Assembly: GCA_048127485.1 (NCBI GenBank)
Contig: JBHNWI010000380.1
Location: forward strand, 43,563,036-43,627,035
Origin: Solemya velum
Taxonomy: Eukaryota
Reading direction: 5' to 3'
Length of the DNA: 64,000 nucleotides
Shown here one piece after another: positions 40,380-53,805 of the stretch. The notes beneath the pieces are model-generated. The model saw only the letters and a program-made list of their open reading frames with translations. It was not told where the DNA came from and made no database searches. Made by a program: the position numbers and the translations under genes. The number at the start of each line of letters is the position of its first letter. The stretch's first letter is position 1.

Positions 40380-40700
40380 CAGTGCTTGGTGGATTTCTGC
40401 TTCATCAAGCAATGACGCATTCTCTGCATCTGGATTATTCTGCAGTTTTCACTTTATACTTCGGTGGCAGAACTGTTAGGCTAATTGGCCATCAGATTGT
40501 ACCCACTTCATGCATCGCCAGACTTTATTTCCACCAATTCTCAATTGTCAGTCGGCTTGCAATGATTAGACCTAAGTGCTTTGAACAACTACTTCTAGGT
40601 GGAACTTCAATTTAGAACAACCTAGCTCCATAATTCATAGTCTTCGACTCGGCAAATACCAGGAAGCCTATTCCCCCATTTGGTCCACCGTTGAAGGTGG
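40380..40700. repeat. Interspersed repeat copy (same family as 50890-51130)
   Basis: GTACCCACTTCATGCATCGCCAGACTTTATTTCC…GACCTAAGTGCTTTGAACAACTACTTCTAGGTGGAAC corresponds to GTACCCACTCCGTGCATCGCTGACTTTTATTTTC…GACCTCAGTGCTTTGAACTGCTACATCTAGGTGAAAT. Confidence 0.5.
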
Positions 40701-40999
40701 AGTAGTGTAACAAACAAAATGGATGTTTTGATTGTGCATTAGATGAGAAAGCCAGAAGTGTTTGTGTTTCTTACATGTATATGTTTTTTATGCAGTTTTT
40801 CTAGCTTGGAGTATGTTGTGTCATTTTTAGACTTGCCAAGTCTCTTTCTTAATTAATTCAGTTATTCTATGTATTTTTTACACACGTAAATAAACACTAG
40901 TGTATATTTCCCTTCATTGTGTCATTCATTTTTTATCAGAATTCTGAATCAGCTCATGGTATTATGTTCATGCGTACGGATTTGTGTCATGAGCGCGGA

Positions 41000-41450
41000 T
41001 CTCTAGCAAACATGGTTGGTCGTACAAGTGGGCGGGGCCTATGTATTGAACCGAGTCAGGTGCGCGCGTCAGTCAAAATATCACGTGACACAAAAACTAG
41101 TGTCACACTCAAAAAAAACGGTCGAAATAAAGTTTTCCAGCGGTGATGGGATGCTGGGTTGTGCAATATATATATATGCAGTAGCCATATATCCCATCAC
41201 CCCGAAGGAAAACAGTCGTGTCATTAATGTTTCGCCAACAACAGAAGCCTTTATCTGCACAGTTTGTTTATAATCTCCTCGCCACTGATTGGCTGCGTAC
41301 TGACACACCCCAGAGCTGCTGTTAGTGCCTGCAGAGTTTACAAGTCCCCTTGCCGGCTAGCTGTGTGGATAGGGGAGATAACTCGGGCGCGGGTCTACGG
41401 CCAAAAGAAGGCAAGGAGACTATGTCATTTTGTTCAGTACTTTCTGACCC
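41000..41450. promoter_or_regulatory. Second intragenic CpG-rich promoter-like island ~120 bp upstream of the PAZ exon (Sp1 GGGCGGGGC, E-box TCACGTGAC, NF-Y CCAAT as CCACTGATTGGCTG)
   Basis: It has high CpG content with the motifs listed. It sits immediately 5' of exon E. Confidence 0.3.
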
Positions 41451-41568
41451 TCCCATTTTGAATGAATTAATCATAACAGCTGACAGTTCTGGCAATTATT
41501 TGGCTTCATTAATTAGCATTGATTCTCTTGATATAATGTTATATTACATGTTTTGACTGGACCAACAG

Positions 41569-41680
41569 GTACAACGGCAGGACTTATCGTATTGATGACA
41601 TCAATTGGGAGGCTCACCCCACAGACAAATTCCAGTTGAATGATGGCACAGAAACCACTTTTATTGCCTATTACAAGAGG
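41569..41680 (+). CDS. PIWI: PIWI exon E (PAZ): [38 protein letters not shown]
   Basis: An ACCAACAG acceptor and an AGAGG|GTAATT donor. It is a near-canonical PAZ block (YNNKTYRVDDIDWxxxPxxTFxxxDGSExSFxEYYxKQ). Confidence 0.9.
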
Positions 41681-42300
41681 GTAATTACATCTTCAGCTGA
41701 TAGCAGCCATACCATTATGCATAGAGGAATCCTCTTACCATTGGTCTGTAATGTAGCATATGCACCAATCAAATTGACATTGTGAAGTTGAACCAAACCT
41801 TAAATATTGTATACAATGTACATTCATTTATGCAAAGACTACAGAAATAATGTTTGGAATATTGTATTGTCTGAATTGCTTTAAAGTTGTATTGTACCGG
41901 GTATATCAGAATGGCTATTAGCTACAATGAATTCAATGGTATATATGTGTTACTCAGTAAAAAAACACATCCTAAATATACAATTAGTGTCAATTGAACA
42001 ATGCCACTTGCAATTCTATGCTACTGTCAATATATTTTTATGGTCAGTGCACTTTTCCCTTAAGAACAGCTTACTTGAAAAACAATTCAAATAGTTTATT
42101 TTGAAATAACCATGCAATTTTTGGCACAGCATGAGGTGAGGTGCAAAATAATAATTTGTTGAGTAAACCGTATCTGTACTTTCTATTAAAATAGTTTTGT
42201 ATCGAGATGAAAAATATGAATTCTGGCGTTAGCAAATTCATTTGTTGAACTGGAACAAAAACATCATGAACATGTAAATTAAAAGATGTAACATTATCAA

Positions 42301-42307
42301 AGAGTGT

Positions 42308-42346
<39 letters not shown>

Positions 42347-42410
42347 TTCATTTATTCATTTATTCATTTATTCATTTATTCATTTATTTATTTATTAATT
42401 TATTTATTGT
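42301..42410. repeat. (TTTA/TTCATTTA)n microsatellite
   Basis: Direct reading. Confidence 0.9.
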
Positions 42411-43149
42411 TATCTGTAATAGTTTTTAAATAAAACTAGCTGAATACAAGGAAGTTAATAAGTTGAACTTTGTTAGGCCAACAAAAAACAGACAGTTCCC
42501 ACTCCTGTTTGTTTCTAAAGTGAAATAAGCAAAAATGACATATAATACAACTTTAACAATTGACAAACATCTTTGCAAGCCAATGTGTTATCTTTTGTTT
42601 AATTAGGTTCTATGTGAAGTTCAGGCTGATTGTGCTACATTTATATAAACAGCAAAAATATAAACATCTTGATCATTTACTTTCACTATGATAAAATTAT
42701 CAAGTTCATGCAAAACAGAAGTGGAAATTGGCCATGGCTGTAATTCTCATTGCAGCAACAAATCAGCTGGAATTGTTTAAAGCATAATGTAACTATGATC
42801 TTTAAAAATATATAAACCTAAAGGAATCAATTGAGTAAAGACTATTTTTGATTTCACAAAAAATTAATTACAAAGTAAAAACTAAATAAATACTGTACTG
42901 GCAGAAAAAAGTACAATACCCAAATTGGATAATAACTTAACAGGCTTATCTATGTACCGCTACTACATTTGTAATTGGATCTTTCAGAACATAGGGATCA
43001 TGACAGTGATGGCATATTCCACCGAAATGCACCTGTTGGGAAGAATAAAACAGCAGGTCCAATTCGAAATTACCAACATGTGTTCATTTCGTGTGTTACA
43101 AGATCTTTACACCTCAGCTGTGTAAAAATTGGGAACTTGGAACCTTTGC

Positions 43150-43640
43150 CAACATAAGCAACACTGCCACAGTTGAACAAAGCAAAGTTAGATTGAGCTA
43201 TTAGCATGCACGAGGCTGGCGCCAGCAACAGTGATGTTGCTCGGCAGTTTGGTGTGTCAACATTCACTATTACCCAACTGATTTAGAATTTCAGAAAAAC
43301 TGGCAGTACTGCTGACATAGGGAGGGATGCCCTCATGTGACAATGATTCAACAAAACCAGCATATTGTGCTATCACATTTGAGGAATCGCACACTTCCAG
43401 TAAAAAGAATCGCTGCAAACACAATAGGGATATACAGAAGACTCATTGTGACAGATATATCAAAACCTACTGAAGGCTGTTGCATTGAGGAACGGGAGGC
43501 CTTTCTTTGGAGCTATCCTTGTGCATCGATGTCAACAATTGAGAGACCATTGGTGTTTACAGCATTGACATTGGGTGCATCAGTGGAGACACATTCTGTT
43601 TACAGACGAGTCCAGATTTAGAATGTTCCATTCTTATCTT
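43150..43640 (+). pseudogene. Tc1/mariner-like transposase fossil (HTH + start of DDE domain, multiple stops), intronic
   Basis: Translation gives …MHEAGASNSDVARQFGVSTFTITQLI…KTGSTADIGR…HRCQQLRDHWCLQH*HWVHQWRHILFTDESRFRMF, which is the characteristic Tc1 N-terminal/DDE-entry motif (…W…VLFSDESRF). Confidence 0.55.
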
Positions 43641-43964
43641 CACATGAGTGTATATCAACGTTAGTGTCGGCGACCTTTACCACTTGGCTCCCTCGCTTCT
43701 GATAAAAACTGCAGTTTGGTGACCGGTTTTATACATCACATACACTTGGTACCCCTTTGATAGGTGAATTGACCTAAATTAGTGCTGGCGATTTGGTGTC
43801 TAATTCTGAGTGTTGGAGTCTTGAAGGGGACTCTCTTCCAAATAGTACTAAATTGGTACTTTATCAAGAAAATAATATCCCAAAAACAAATATTGTATTT
43901 GAACATTTTCTAAAACAACTACTTCATTTCAGCACCTTAGTTTAATTGATGGCTTTCTTCACAG

Positions 43965-44088
43965 CACCATAAAATGGAAATTGGCAATGACAAACAGCCA
44001 ATGCTGGTGAGTCTTCCAAAGAAGAAAGACATCAGACGGGGACAGACTCTACCTATAATGCTTGTTCCTGAGCTATGTTACACAACAG
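43965..44088 (+). CDS. PIWI: PIWI exon F (PAZ C-terminal part): HHKMEIGNDKQPMLVSLPKKKDIRRGQTLPIMLVPELCYTT
   Basis: A TCTTCACAG acceptor and an ACAG|GTACAG donor. It matches QPVLVSxPKRR…LIPELCYLTGL. Confidence 0.9.
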
Positions 44089-46036
44089 GTACAGATATAC
44101 CAGTCCAGCAGTATAATATGATTTGTAAAGATGTTTCTGACATAGCTAATTTGAAATTACACTCTCAGATGGTCTGTCTCAGGATTTTTCTTGTTAAGGA
44201 AACTAAAAATGAATTGAGTACAGTTAGTTTCATGCAGATTCTGCTTAACCTGGCTCATCCCAATGATTTCACCTGAACATGGACACTCCACTCTTATTGC
44301 CGTGATCTGCGAGGATATGAATAATCCTTTAATCATCCTAATATCATCACCACAATAGATTTCCTTAATCATCTCGCGTTGATGTAGCAGTGATGGTATC
44401 CAACTGAGAATGACAATGAGAAATTGTGGTGGATTGCACTGACAGGCATACTAGGCTTAGTAATTATAATATTGTACACACAGTTACCTGGATTTTAAAC
44501 AAGATTCCTGTTTTAGGATAGAATACCAAATGCCTATTAAACATTATTCTAGCAGTAATATGCTAGATTTGCTTATTGGTGAAAATACAAATGTACACAT
44601 GACCATGAAATAATTGCCATTCCCATTGTTATTTTTAGCAATGCTTGCGATCATTTTTCATCAATGTTTTTTTTTTTTTTAAATATTTTCAGATCTACTT
44701 TACATTGTAATAGATATTGATTTAAAACCATAGTATTTATCAAAAAAATCTTAAGACTAATGAGAATTTATTAATTTATTTATTAGTATTATTTTCATTC
44801 TTGAATATGAAACTTGGTCACAGGAGATGCAGTGTTGCAGATATAAATCAGGTGCCTGGCTTACTATGTAGAGCTGCATCAATCTGGCTACGTAGTTCTG
44901 CATGACTTATTGAAAAATCTGCATCTGCATTCACATTATATAATATAACATAGAGGAGGATAAAATTGAATGCTGATTGCAAGCATTCTATTACTTCAAA
45001 TTACTTAGATCTATTAATTTTCATGGCAAAAAAATTTATATATTTTCCTGTTTAAAATGGACATTCAGGTCAGGTATTGCTATAACAAAACACACATGCT
45101 CTGTGTCTTGACTAGCCTGTTTGTCATTGTTTTTAAGTCAAACCACATTCGGCATATATATCAGATGTATCTTTGTTTTTCCAAATGGACATTTTTCATA
45201 ACTATTTCTCTCAATTATAACAATTTCTATTTTACCATGAGCAGAGAACATGGCATATCATTTTCCCCTACAGATCCACCAACAGTATAGTAATCAAAAT
45301 ACCAAGGGGAATTATGCAATCACTTGTCAAGGTCAAGGGTATATTGTATATAATGAACTGCAGTGCTGTTGATATTTCGTTTGTTATCATTCTGTGTACA
45401 ATTGTCCATGACACACCACTTCACTCTTGATTTTTTATCTCTGTATAAGAATTCCAACTCTTCTTAAAGTTATCTCCCTTTTTGTGCATGCTTTATACAT
45501 TTCTATATTGATCTAATATCAAAACTGATTTGTGATGCTTCATTTTGTAAATATACATTTTTGCTATTAAACTTATCAAATGTAATATGTTAAAATTATC
45601 AAATTTAACATGTTATCAACTTTGCTTGTATCTCAAACCCCCCAAATTACTTCTGTTATGTTTAGGTTTAAATTTTCTAGGTATGGACAGTGAATCTTCA
45701 ATCATCCTTGCAATTTTTGCCAAAAGTCATGAACATGTGGACCAATACAAAATAAAAGTGTTAAGGATTTTGGTTCACCTCTGCAGAATGGGCATTTGTT
45801 GTCTGGGCTAATACCAATTTATAAAGAAAAGTGTTTGTTGATAATATTTTGTGTGTTAATCAATATTGGAACTGACGGGATGATCTTACTCAGACTTTCG
45901 ACCCTGTTTACAAAATCGTACACTCACATTCAAAGGGATCTGGCAAAAATGAGTTGATGAGTGTGTAATTATATAATAATATATACTTCATCCTAGTTTT
46001 TGGTTCATTATATAATACTGCACTGGTATTTCACAG

Positions 46037-46154
46037 GACTGTCACCTGGAGTGAGAGCAGACTTCAGGATAATGCGAGACCTACAGACACATACCCGCCT
46101 TGGACCAGTGGATCGAGTCGCAACCTTACAAAGGTTCCACCAGAGCTTCAGCAG
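46037..46154 (+). CDS. PIWI: PIWI exon G: GLSPGVRADFRIMRDLQTHTRLGPVDRVATLQRFHQSFS
   Basis: A TTTCACAG acceptor and a CAG|GTAATT donor. It matches [27 protein letters not shown]. Confidence 0.85.
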
Positions 46155-46829
46155 GTAATTCAAAGTCCTTTGTTGATTATACAAGCAAGCATCATGAATA
46201 ATTGGGGTTTTCATTATTACTTCAACATTGCTACATTGCATGCAGGCATATATTACATTCAACTTCTTACATATGTTACATATGAACATACTTTGAATAA
46301 TGTATTACACTTTGATTTTACCAAATCATAGGCAATGCTTTATGTAAAGGATAAATTGAATTCAGTATAAAAGTACAGCAAATGCTTCAATTAAATACAT
46401 ACAGTATGTGGGTTGAGATGTTCGACCGAACGAATGAACGAACGAATGAAAGAACGTTATTATCTAGTGATAGTGCCAACCAACCAACTAACCAACCACG
46501 AATGGATAAACAAAGCAACAGACGGACAAAAGAATTAACGAACTTTATTATCTAGTGATAGTGACAGATGGAGTGGGTACAGTAAATCACTGCTCAAATG
46601 TTATTCAAGAAATTTGGCATCATGTATAGTCCTGTTCACTAGTGTATATCGGCTACACTATCACACTAAAAAAAAATTTTTTTATATCATATGTATATCT
46701 GTATCATAATTATGAGAATTGTTTTTTTTTCATAAGATTAAAGAAATGGGCATGTCAGAAGTATAATAAACTTGTCAGCTAATTGAACCACGCAAACATT
46801 TTTAGCTTTTGATTTTTATTTGTTTTTAG

Positions 46830-46944
46830 GCCTGATATATGTGAGATCATGAACTTATGGGGTTTGGAATTAGGTCCTGAATTGCTGACTGTAGAAGGGA
46901 GAGTCCTACCCAGAGAAATAGTTTTCACTTCAAACAAACAACAG
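46830..46944 (+). CDS. PIWI: PIWI exon H: RPDICEIMNLWGLELGPELLTVEGRVLPREIVFTSNKQQ
   Basis: A TGTTTTTAG acceptor and a CAG|GTATGC donor. It matches …ELxxWGLxFxxxLLxxxGRILxxExI. Confidence 0.85.
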
Positions 46945-48833
46945 GTATGCCAGGAAAAAGGGACAAGTGTTCTGACTACTCCACTAAAAATTTAAATGGA
47001 ATTCCCACTGGGATCCCAACCAAAATCTCGATGGGATTTCACCGGAATGAAAATGAATCCCAACCAAAATTCACAACTACCAATCTCTTGTAGTAAAAAT
47101 TGTAACACTTTCTATAATGAGAATACTGAAACCATTTTAAAATATTAAGATTCAATTGTTTCAATGAGCAAACCTTTGAAGGAAGCCAATCGAGAATACA
47201 TATTTCTTGCTTTTAAAAATGAATTCAGCAGGGCTCCAGAAAAGTGGAGTATTTGAGTATTTTGAGTATGATCCTCTTTTTATTAATGAAATGTTCAGAA
47301 ATTGATGATGATAAACTGCAATGAAAGATCGAGGCCTTTTAATACTTTATAGGGACCTAGGCTATAGATAATGTAGTAATAGGCTAATATCACAGACGAC
47401 TTCCAAACAAGTGAACTGTTGATTCGGATGAGTGGTATCTGTAGCTCATTTGTTTGGCAGAAGAGTGTACTCATATTGTAAAGTTTTTCAAGACCCCTGG
47501 TCATCCCCAATATGCTGGGTTTGGTTACAGCTGTAACCTTTCTTAGATGATACTGGAGTCTGGAGTTAGTTAGCAAGTTTTATGAAATATGAGGCCTAAT
47601 GTCAATGACAATCTTTGGGAGGGGGAGACCTGATCAATTTTCAAAAAACTTGGTCTGAGGAACAGAATACCAACTTTGTATGTCCTTATGTATTTTATGG
47701 TGAGAGTTTGATATCAACACTAAAATCCGAGAAGGTACTCTATTGCGCTGCTTAAATGGAATATCTTTATGCCAAAAAATTTCTGGCACTGTAGTATGTA
47801 TAGTTTACTCATGCCTTTGAAATTTGACAAATAATTTTACTCATCACCCTGTAAAGAACCGCGAAGTTAATACACATAGAATTTCAAAATAATGAGTAAA
47901 ATACTCCTCAATCTAAAAAATTATCTGGGGCCTTGAATTCAGAAAGATGGCTCCCTATTAAACAAAAACATCCCCCTTCCTCATGATTGATACAAAATAT
48001 ATTGTATTATGCATTTTATGTTGATTAGTTCATTTCTGTCTGATAAACTTCTCAAACTTTCCAAATTAAAACATGTAAAATGTAGATCCACTATGTAAGT
48101 TACAAAATTTAATAATATGAATAATCTAAAAAGAAAATATTAAAGGTTCACTATAAGCCGTCAGCTCTGCTGTCTGATTCTTTGCTATATCTGTATTTCA
48201 AAAGGGTTATTAGGTCAAATTTCTTTAAAAAAATTTAACAAATAGGTTATGATGAAGGTGATAATGCTTGGAAATGTACTCCCAAGACAACCATGACAAC
48301 GATACACTTGCAACATCTTCACATGACACATACACACAACAGCTATAAAAGTACAGGGTTCTTGCTGAGATGTCACCTGTCACTATAGCTAGAATGTTCG
48401 AATAAGTGTTACCAAGCATTATAACAAGACTTGCGGAGACATTACCAACGTGAAGGAACAACACATGACCTTTCCAGATCCGGCAGACTGCCTGTGACCT
48501 CCAGAGCTCAGGATTGCTACATCCAGTTACATTATCTATGAGAAAGGGTGACGACAGCATTCTCTACGGCATCCATCATCCCGGATTTGTGCAGGATATT
48601 GGCACAGACTTTCCAGAACCATTTTGGGAAGTAGGACTACGTGCTAGATTGACAATTTACATCCAATTTATCTTTCAACAACCTTTTCAAAAAATAAACT
48701 CTTGATTTGTTGCTAAATATTTCCATTTGTTGAACCTTCTAGTACATATGTAGTTATTGTTTAGATCATAGTTGAAAACTATTTGACATGTCTAAAGTGT
48801 TTACTGGTAGAACTGCTCTTGCTCTGGTTTCAG

Positions 48834-49018
48834 TTGTCTGTGAGTGCTGACCAAGAATGGGTTAGATCATCTTCAAGGTCGGTGCTGCTGCAACCTCTGT
48901 CGTTGTACAAGTGGCTGGTCATTTCCAGCAAAACCAACGCCTCCAACTCACACAACCTCATCTCCCTGTTACAGAGGGTCTGTCCACCTTTGGGTATCCA
49001 GATAGGTCTACCATTAAT
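48834..49018 (+). CDS. PIWI: PIWI exon J (MID): LSVSADQEWVRSSSRSVLLQPLSLYKWLVISSKTNASNSHNLISLLQRVCPPLGIQIGLPL
   Basis: A CTGGTTTCAG acceptor and an AAT|GTGAGT donor, phase 0 in and 2 out. It matches …ADWSKxIRxxxLLxxxxLxxWLxIxxxRxxxxAxxFxxxLxxVxxxMGxxV. Confidence 0.8.
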
Positions 49019-49210
49019 GTGAGTTGACATTTTTGAAAGGTATATCAATTCTAGCTTGTTGTCTCAGTACTCAATCTATATGAAAGTACTCATTAAATAA
49101 AGCTGTCATCAAATTCTGTTTATTTCCAACCTGTTGAATGTGCCACCCTTTTCCCCAATAGGTTTCTTACTTTATTCTGTAATATGGAAATACAGCTGTT
49201 TCCATCTCTA

Positions 49211-49462
49211 TTACCGTAAAATCTCGATTACTAGTCGCGTCTCGAATAGTAGTCGCACCCCGACTTTGGAGTGGTTTGAGTGAAAATTCCCCCGTACTTT
49301 CAAATCTGGAAATGGCTCAATTACAAGTCGCATCAGATTTTCAATGAACCCGACCTCAAATTTCTCAGAAATTGTCTTATTTATTTGATAGCGTCAATTA
49401 TTGGAATTGTAACTCTTAATCTCGAACACTAGACGCGACTAGTAATCGAGATTTTACGGTAA
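49211..49462. mobile_element. MITE (~250 bp) with 33-bp perfect TIRs (TTACCGTAAAATCTCGATTACTAGTCGCGTCTC)
   Basis: The inverted termini are read directly, and the internal region has no ORF. Confidence 0.6.
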
Positions 49463-50889
49463 TTAGACTTCAGACCTCCAGATATGTTTTTGGCATATTT
49501 CAACATAAGCATGGTATTGATGGCTCTTGATATATTTCAATGAAAACATAATAGGAATGTTCATGTGTAAGGAGATAAGCCTACTTTATCACTGTGTTGG
49601 TATCGTTTTTGTTGCAAGTTTCACTTCTTTTCATTTTATCCTAAATATATTCACAAATAGATCCTAATACATCTGTGGTCAGTATGCTCAGATATCTGAA
49701 GAATAATATTCATACAAGATGATGTAGACAGATATAACTTTCCTTTCCTTTCATTCTTACAAAACCACATGGGGTGATAAATTCATGGATTAGTTTGTAA
49801 TATTGACAATCATTAATTGGCACCAGATTTGGCTTTGTATCATAAAATGTATTGTGATATCAAATCCTCTCTCAGTAGGGTCTAGAACATTATTGAAACT
49901 TTATTTGTAACTTGTGGTGCAATTGACTACCATTGTCTTATAATATGACTGCCTATAATACCCAGTAGTGTACTTGTGTGTACCTTCTAAAAGTTTCACC
50001 ATGTTGATTGTCACCTCTCGACAGGATATCATATTATTATAACTACATGTGCCCAATACAATTGTAAAATTAAATTAGACCATCATTAATCTATATACAA
50101 GCTGTCAATTTGTAATATACAAAACTCGTAACAATAGTCAGCTTCAATGTTCTATAGGCCTACATTATGATAATAGAAGCAGTTACTTAATTTAATTTCT
50201 CTACTTGATGACCGTAAAGCTTTCTATGTGTTTTACTACAGATTAGTATTATGTGGCAATATACTCTACCACCAGGAGTTCAAGGATATATTTAATAGTG
50301 AAAATGTCCAATAAGAAGAGTATTTAATGTTGACATTTTATCGGAGGATATTTAATGATGAAAATGTCAAATAAGAAGAGTATTTAGTTGACATTTTATC
50401 AGAGGAATAAGTAAACCAAATTATTCAAACTAGGGAAACGTTTCAAAATAATATAGTCCTTATAAATATAGCATTTTAAAATTGTATTTCGCCTCAAAGA
50501 AAAAAATAATATTTCACATCGAAACTGAAGATATAAGCAGAAAAAGACGAATCTAAAGTATATTTGTATTTTTATACTTTTTACAAGAATCTTGTAAAAA
50601 AATCAAGACATTTACAGAGATTGTGAACCTGCCTGCAAGGTTGATAACTCTGTATGAGAGATTGGTGCAAGTCCCCTGGAGCTACCATGTGCCTACAGAC
50701 TCCATTCTATTTTTGATGCCTGTGAATGAGGTCACATAAATTTTGCTCCCGGGAGCTTCCAGTTCCTCTCTGCAATGTTCTGTGAATTTTGGATAACCTC
50801 TACTGTTTCATTGACATTGGGGTCATTATAGTGATTTCTTCAATGTTTTTCAATGACTTCAGTCTGACGTTTTCACAGAATTTCGAATG

Positions 50890-51130
50890 TGTTTTTTTTA
50901 CTAGAAATGTCATTTTTTCCTGTTAATGCATATTTACCACCACTGCAGTGGGCTAAGGTTCATCCTTTTGCTTTACACTCTGCAGTCTCATTGTTTGCCT
51001 ATTTGACGTTCAGGTTGTACCCACTCCGTGCATCGCTGACTTTTATTTTCGCATATTCTACGTTGTCTTGACCTACAGGGTTGGGTTCAGTGACAGACCT
51101 CAGTGCTTTGAACTGCTACATCTAGGTGAA
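50890..51130. repeat. Second copy of the interspersed repeat seen at 40380-40700
   Basis: See the 40380-40700 entry. Confidence 0.5.
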
Positions 51131-51229
51131 ATGTTTTCCTTAGGAATCACCCTGCTCCCTCATTCACCCTCTTCGACACGGCATATTTCAAGAGGGGGAT
51201 GCCCAACTTTGGTAGTCTGTTGCTTCTGG

Positions 51230-51520
51230 TTGCCTTTTGGTTACCGTCTTCTCCATGGCACATTGAGAGCTACCAGCACTGTGGCCTCGTGGATGAGGCT
51301 CCCGCTTGGCAACTAAGAGGTTGAGAGGGGTTCCACTTTAGCTGATGTTTCTAGTTAGTATTCCTTGTGGCTGCTTGTTGGGCACCCAATATTAGGTTCA
51401 CACAAGATCTAGTTAACCTGGGGGTCAGTATGTGACTGAGGCTAATGTCCTGTAGTACAGAATATGACATTTTGATGTTACACTCTGTCACCCGCAGCCA
51501 CGTTACATTCCCGTCACACA
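51230..51520 (+). mobile_element. tRNA-derived SINE copy
   Basis: The head is GTGGCCTCGTGGATGAGGCTCCCGCTTGGCAACTAAGAGGTTGAGAGGGGTTCCA. The body is homologous to 28520-28680 and to the reverse complement of 15655-15800. Confidence 0.4.
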
Positions 51521-52818
51521 CTTCCTGCTCAGTTGTGCTTTCTCTTGTTATGCAGATATACTATACTGTTGTGTAAATATACATGGTCAAACCTGTGTTA
51601 GTGACCCACTGTTTTCAATGACTCCCTGTCGTTAGTGACCCTTTTCATTCCTCCCGATTGAAAATACTATATAAAGCACCTTATTTCAGCACCAACCTGG
51701 GTTATGTGACTAACAACTGCATTTTTAGTTCTTGAAATAGCACTTTTACCTGATTTCTAACCGGAAGACAACCACAGTCCAGTTATTTTGTGCAAAAACA
51801 AAAATTCACAACCTGACAATGATCCTTCAAGTTATGGGAGTTGTTTTTCTGAATTCACCATTTTTTATGTTGTTTTTTTTTAAAAAAATTCTCAAATACC
51901 AATATGGTTAGATTGCTATAGCAGGGGCTTATCTTGCTCTTTTAGCACAGCTGTTTCTATAGTTTTAGTCTCCTTGTCTTTTCTGGATAACCACTCCTTC
52001 AGTTCTGTTCAAATTTTATCAAATCATCATGGTCAACAATGCACATAGAAAGGGAATTGTCCCCAGACCACCAATGGTTTGACCACGGTATAGGAATTCC
52101 CACCTATTTAAAAAAAATTTGCAATTGCCTAACTCTGTCTGTGATCCCTCACTAATGTTTTTAAAAAAATACACAATCACTTAGCATACAAATGGTAATT
52201 GTCACCCAAATCAGCCATAGTTAGGCCAGGGCTGGGGAACCCCTGCACAATTTTTCTAACTAAAAATATTTTTTTACCCTACCTCAAGTCCCTCAACATA
52301 TCGTCTTTTTTACATTCCTTCCAACAAATGATTGTTGACTTCAGTCCTGGGTGAGGGATGGGGATGAGAAATACTGGGCATCTGCCAGTAGGGATTTAAT
52401 AAGAGCTCAATTGGCAGATTGCTGGCAGTTGACAGTCTCCATGGGAATTTTTTAATAGACTTGTCTGAATAGTTATGTTTGGTAATATAATCCTATATAT
52501 GGCTTTTATTTAATTTGGCTACTGGTATGACTGGGGGTATTGATTGAGGGATCTTGATCACTTTTGCAGAGCTCTAATTGTGTCTGTTTCGAAAGTCTTG
52601 TTTACTTACATTAATAGCAAGGAAAATGTCAAGCTTCAGATTCTCACTTGATTTACATGCATCAGTCAGTCCAAAAAAGGCACTACTAATTCATTTAATT
52701 CACAATCATAATTTTAGAGTATTTACTGAATTAAGAATTTCTATGTTTCTTGTTCAATCTTATAATTTGGAGATCTTGAATTTAGTATTACCAATCCTTT
52801 TTAATATACTCTGTGTAG

Positions 52819-52970
52819 GTGCGCACTCCCGTCAGATAGAAATGAGTGTTACATGAAAGCGATGAAAGAGGAAGTGAATTCAGCTACACAGATAGTCATT
52901 TGTGTTGTCCCCACACACAGAAAAAACTTATATGATCTCATCAAGAAGTTCTGCTGTGTGGAACGCCCAG
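52819..52970 (+). CDS. PIWI: PIWI exon K (MID/PIWI junction): MCALPSDRNECYMKAMKEEVNSATQIVICVVPTHRKNLYDLIKKFCCVERP
   Basis: A CTGTGTAG acceptor. The only in-frame solution that joins to exon L uses a GC donor (CCCAG|GCAAGT). It matches …[27 protein letters not shown]. Confidence 0.8.
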
Positions 52971-53805
52971 GCAAGTTCATAGAACTGAGATATAACATTA
53001 CTGTAAACTTTCTGTGGTATGGTTCAAATTTCAGAACCAGTTCAGCAAAAGAACAGCAATACACAATCATGATACAATGTTCAATCATGTCGGCTTCTTT
53101 CAGCCATTCTCGACTTATGTATGTAGCCCCAAAACATACTTGAACCATGAATGTAAATCCTCTTATGATTATTGTTATTGATTTATTTGCAAAGTTACTT
53201 ACAGTGCTGATTATTTTCTAAACAAGATTAAAACATTGTTATGACATCATACCATGTTTCTATGATTGCAATATAGTTAAAATGGACTTTTGCTCTACCA
53301 ATCTAGTCCAACAGTCAACACTACACAGTCCATTATATTGGACTGTGGACGAGATGCCGTAGGGACTGGCGAAAGTTGACAATATGGGTTGAGTAAAAAA
53401 ACACGTCAATCCTAAATACATGAATCAACAGATTGAACAGCCATTGATGATACAAATGTCAAATGATGAGAAACATGTCACTATTTATATAGTCTGCTTA
53501 TCATGGCAAAAAAATAATGAGCTGAAGGGAAAATGAATACTGAAACTGCTATCTTCTGTTAAGCATGTAGCTTGGATTGGCAGTAGGTGTTCTTGATTTT
53601 ACTTGTACATCTAATTCCTTCTTTTGTGCAATAGGGTTGTTTGTCCTGCAATAAAGTACTGTAACAATTATAGACTGGAAAGTAGAAGATTACAGAATCT
53701 GATCTATTTATAGCATGCCACTGATCTGATGCAATGTGACACACATTCTTCATGTCAGACCATCTGAATTTTTTTCTTACAATGTTTACCTTTCTTCGTT
53801 TTCAG

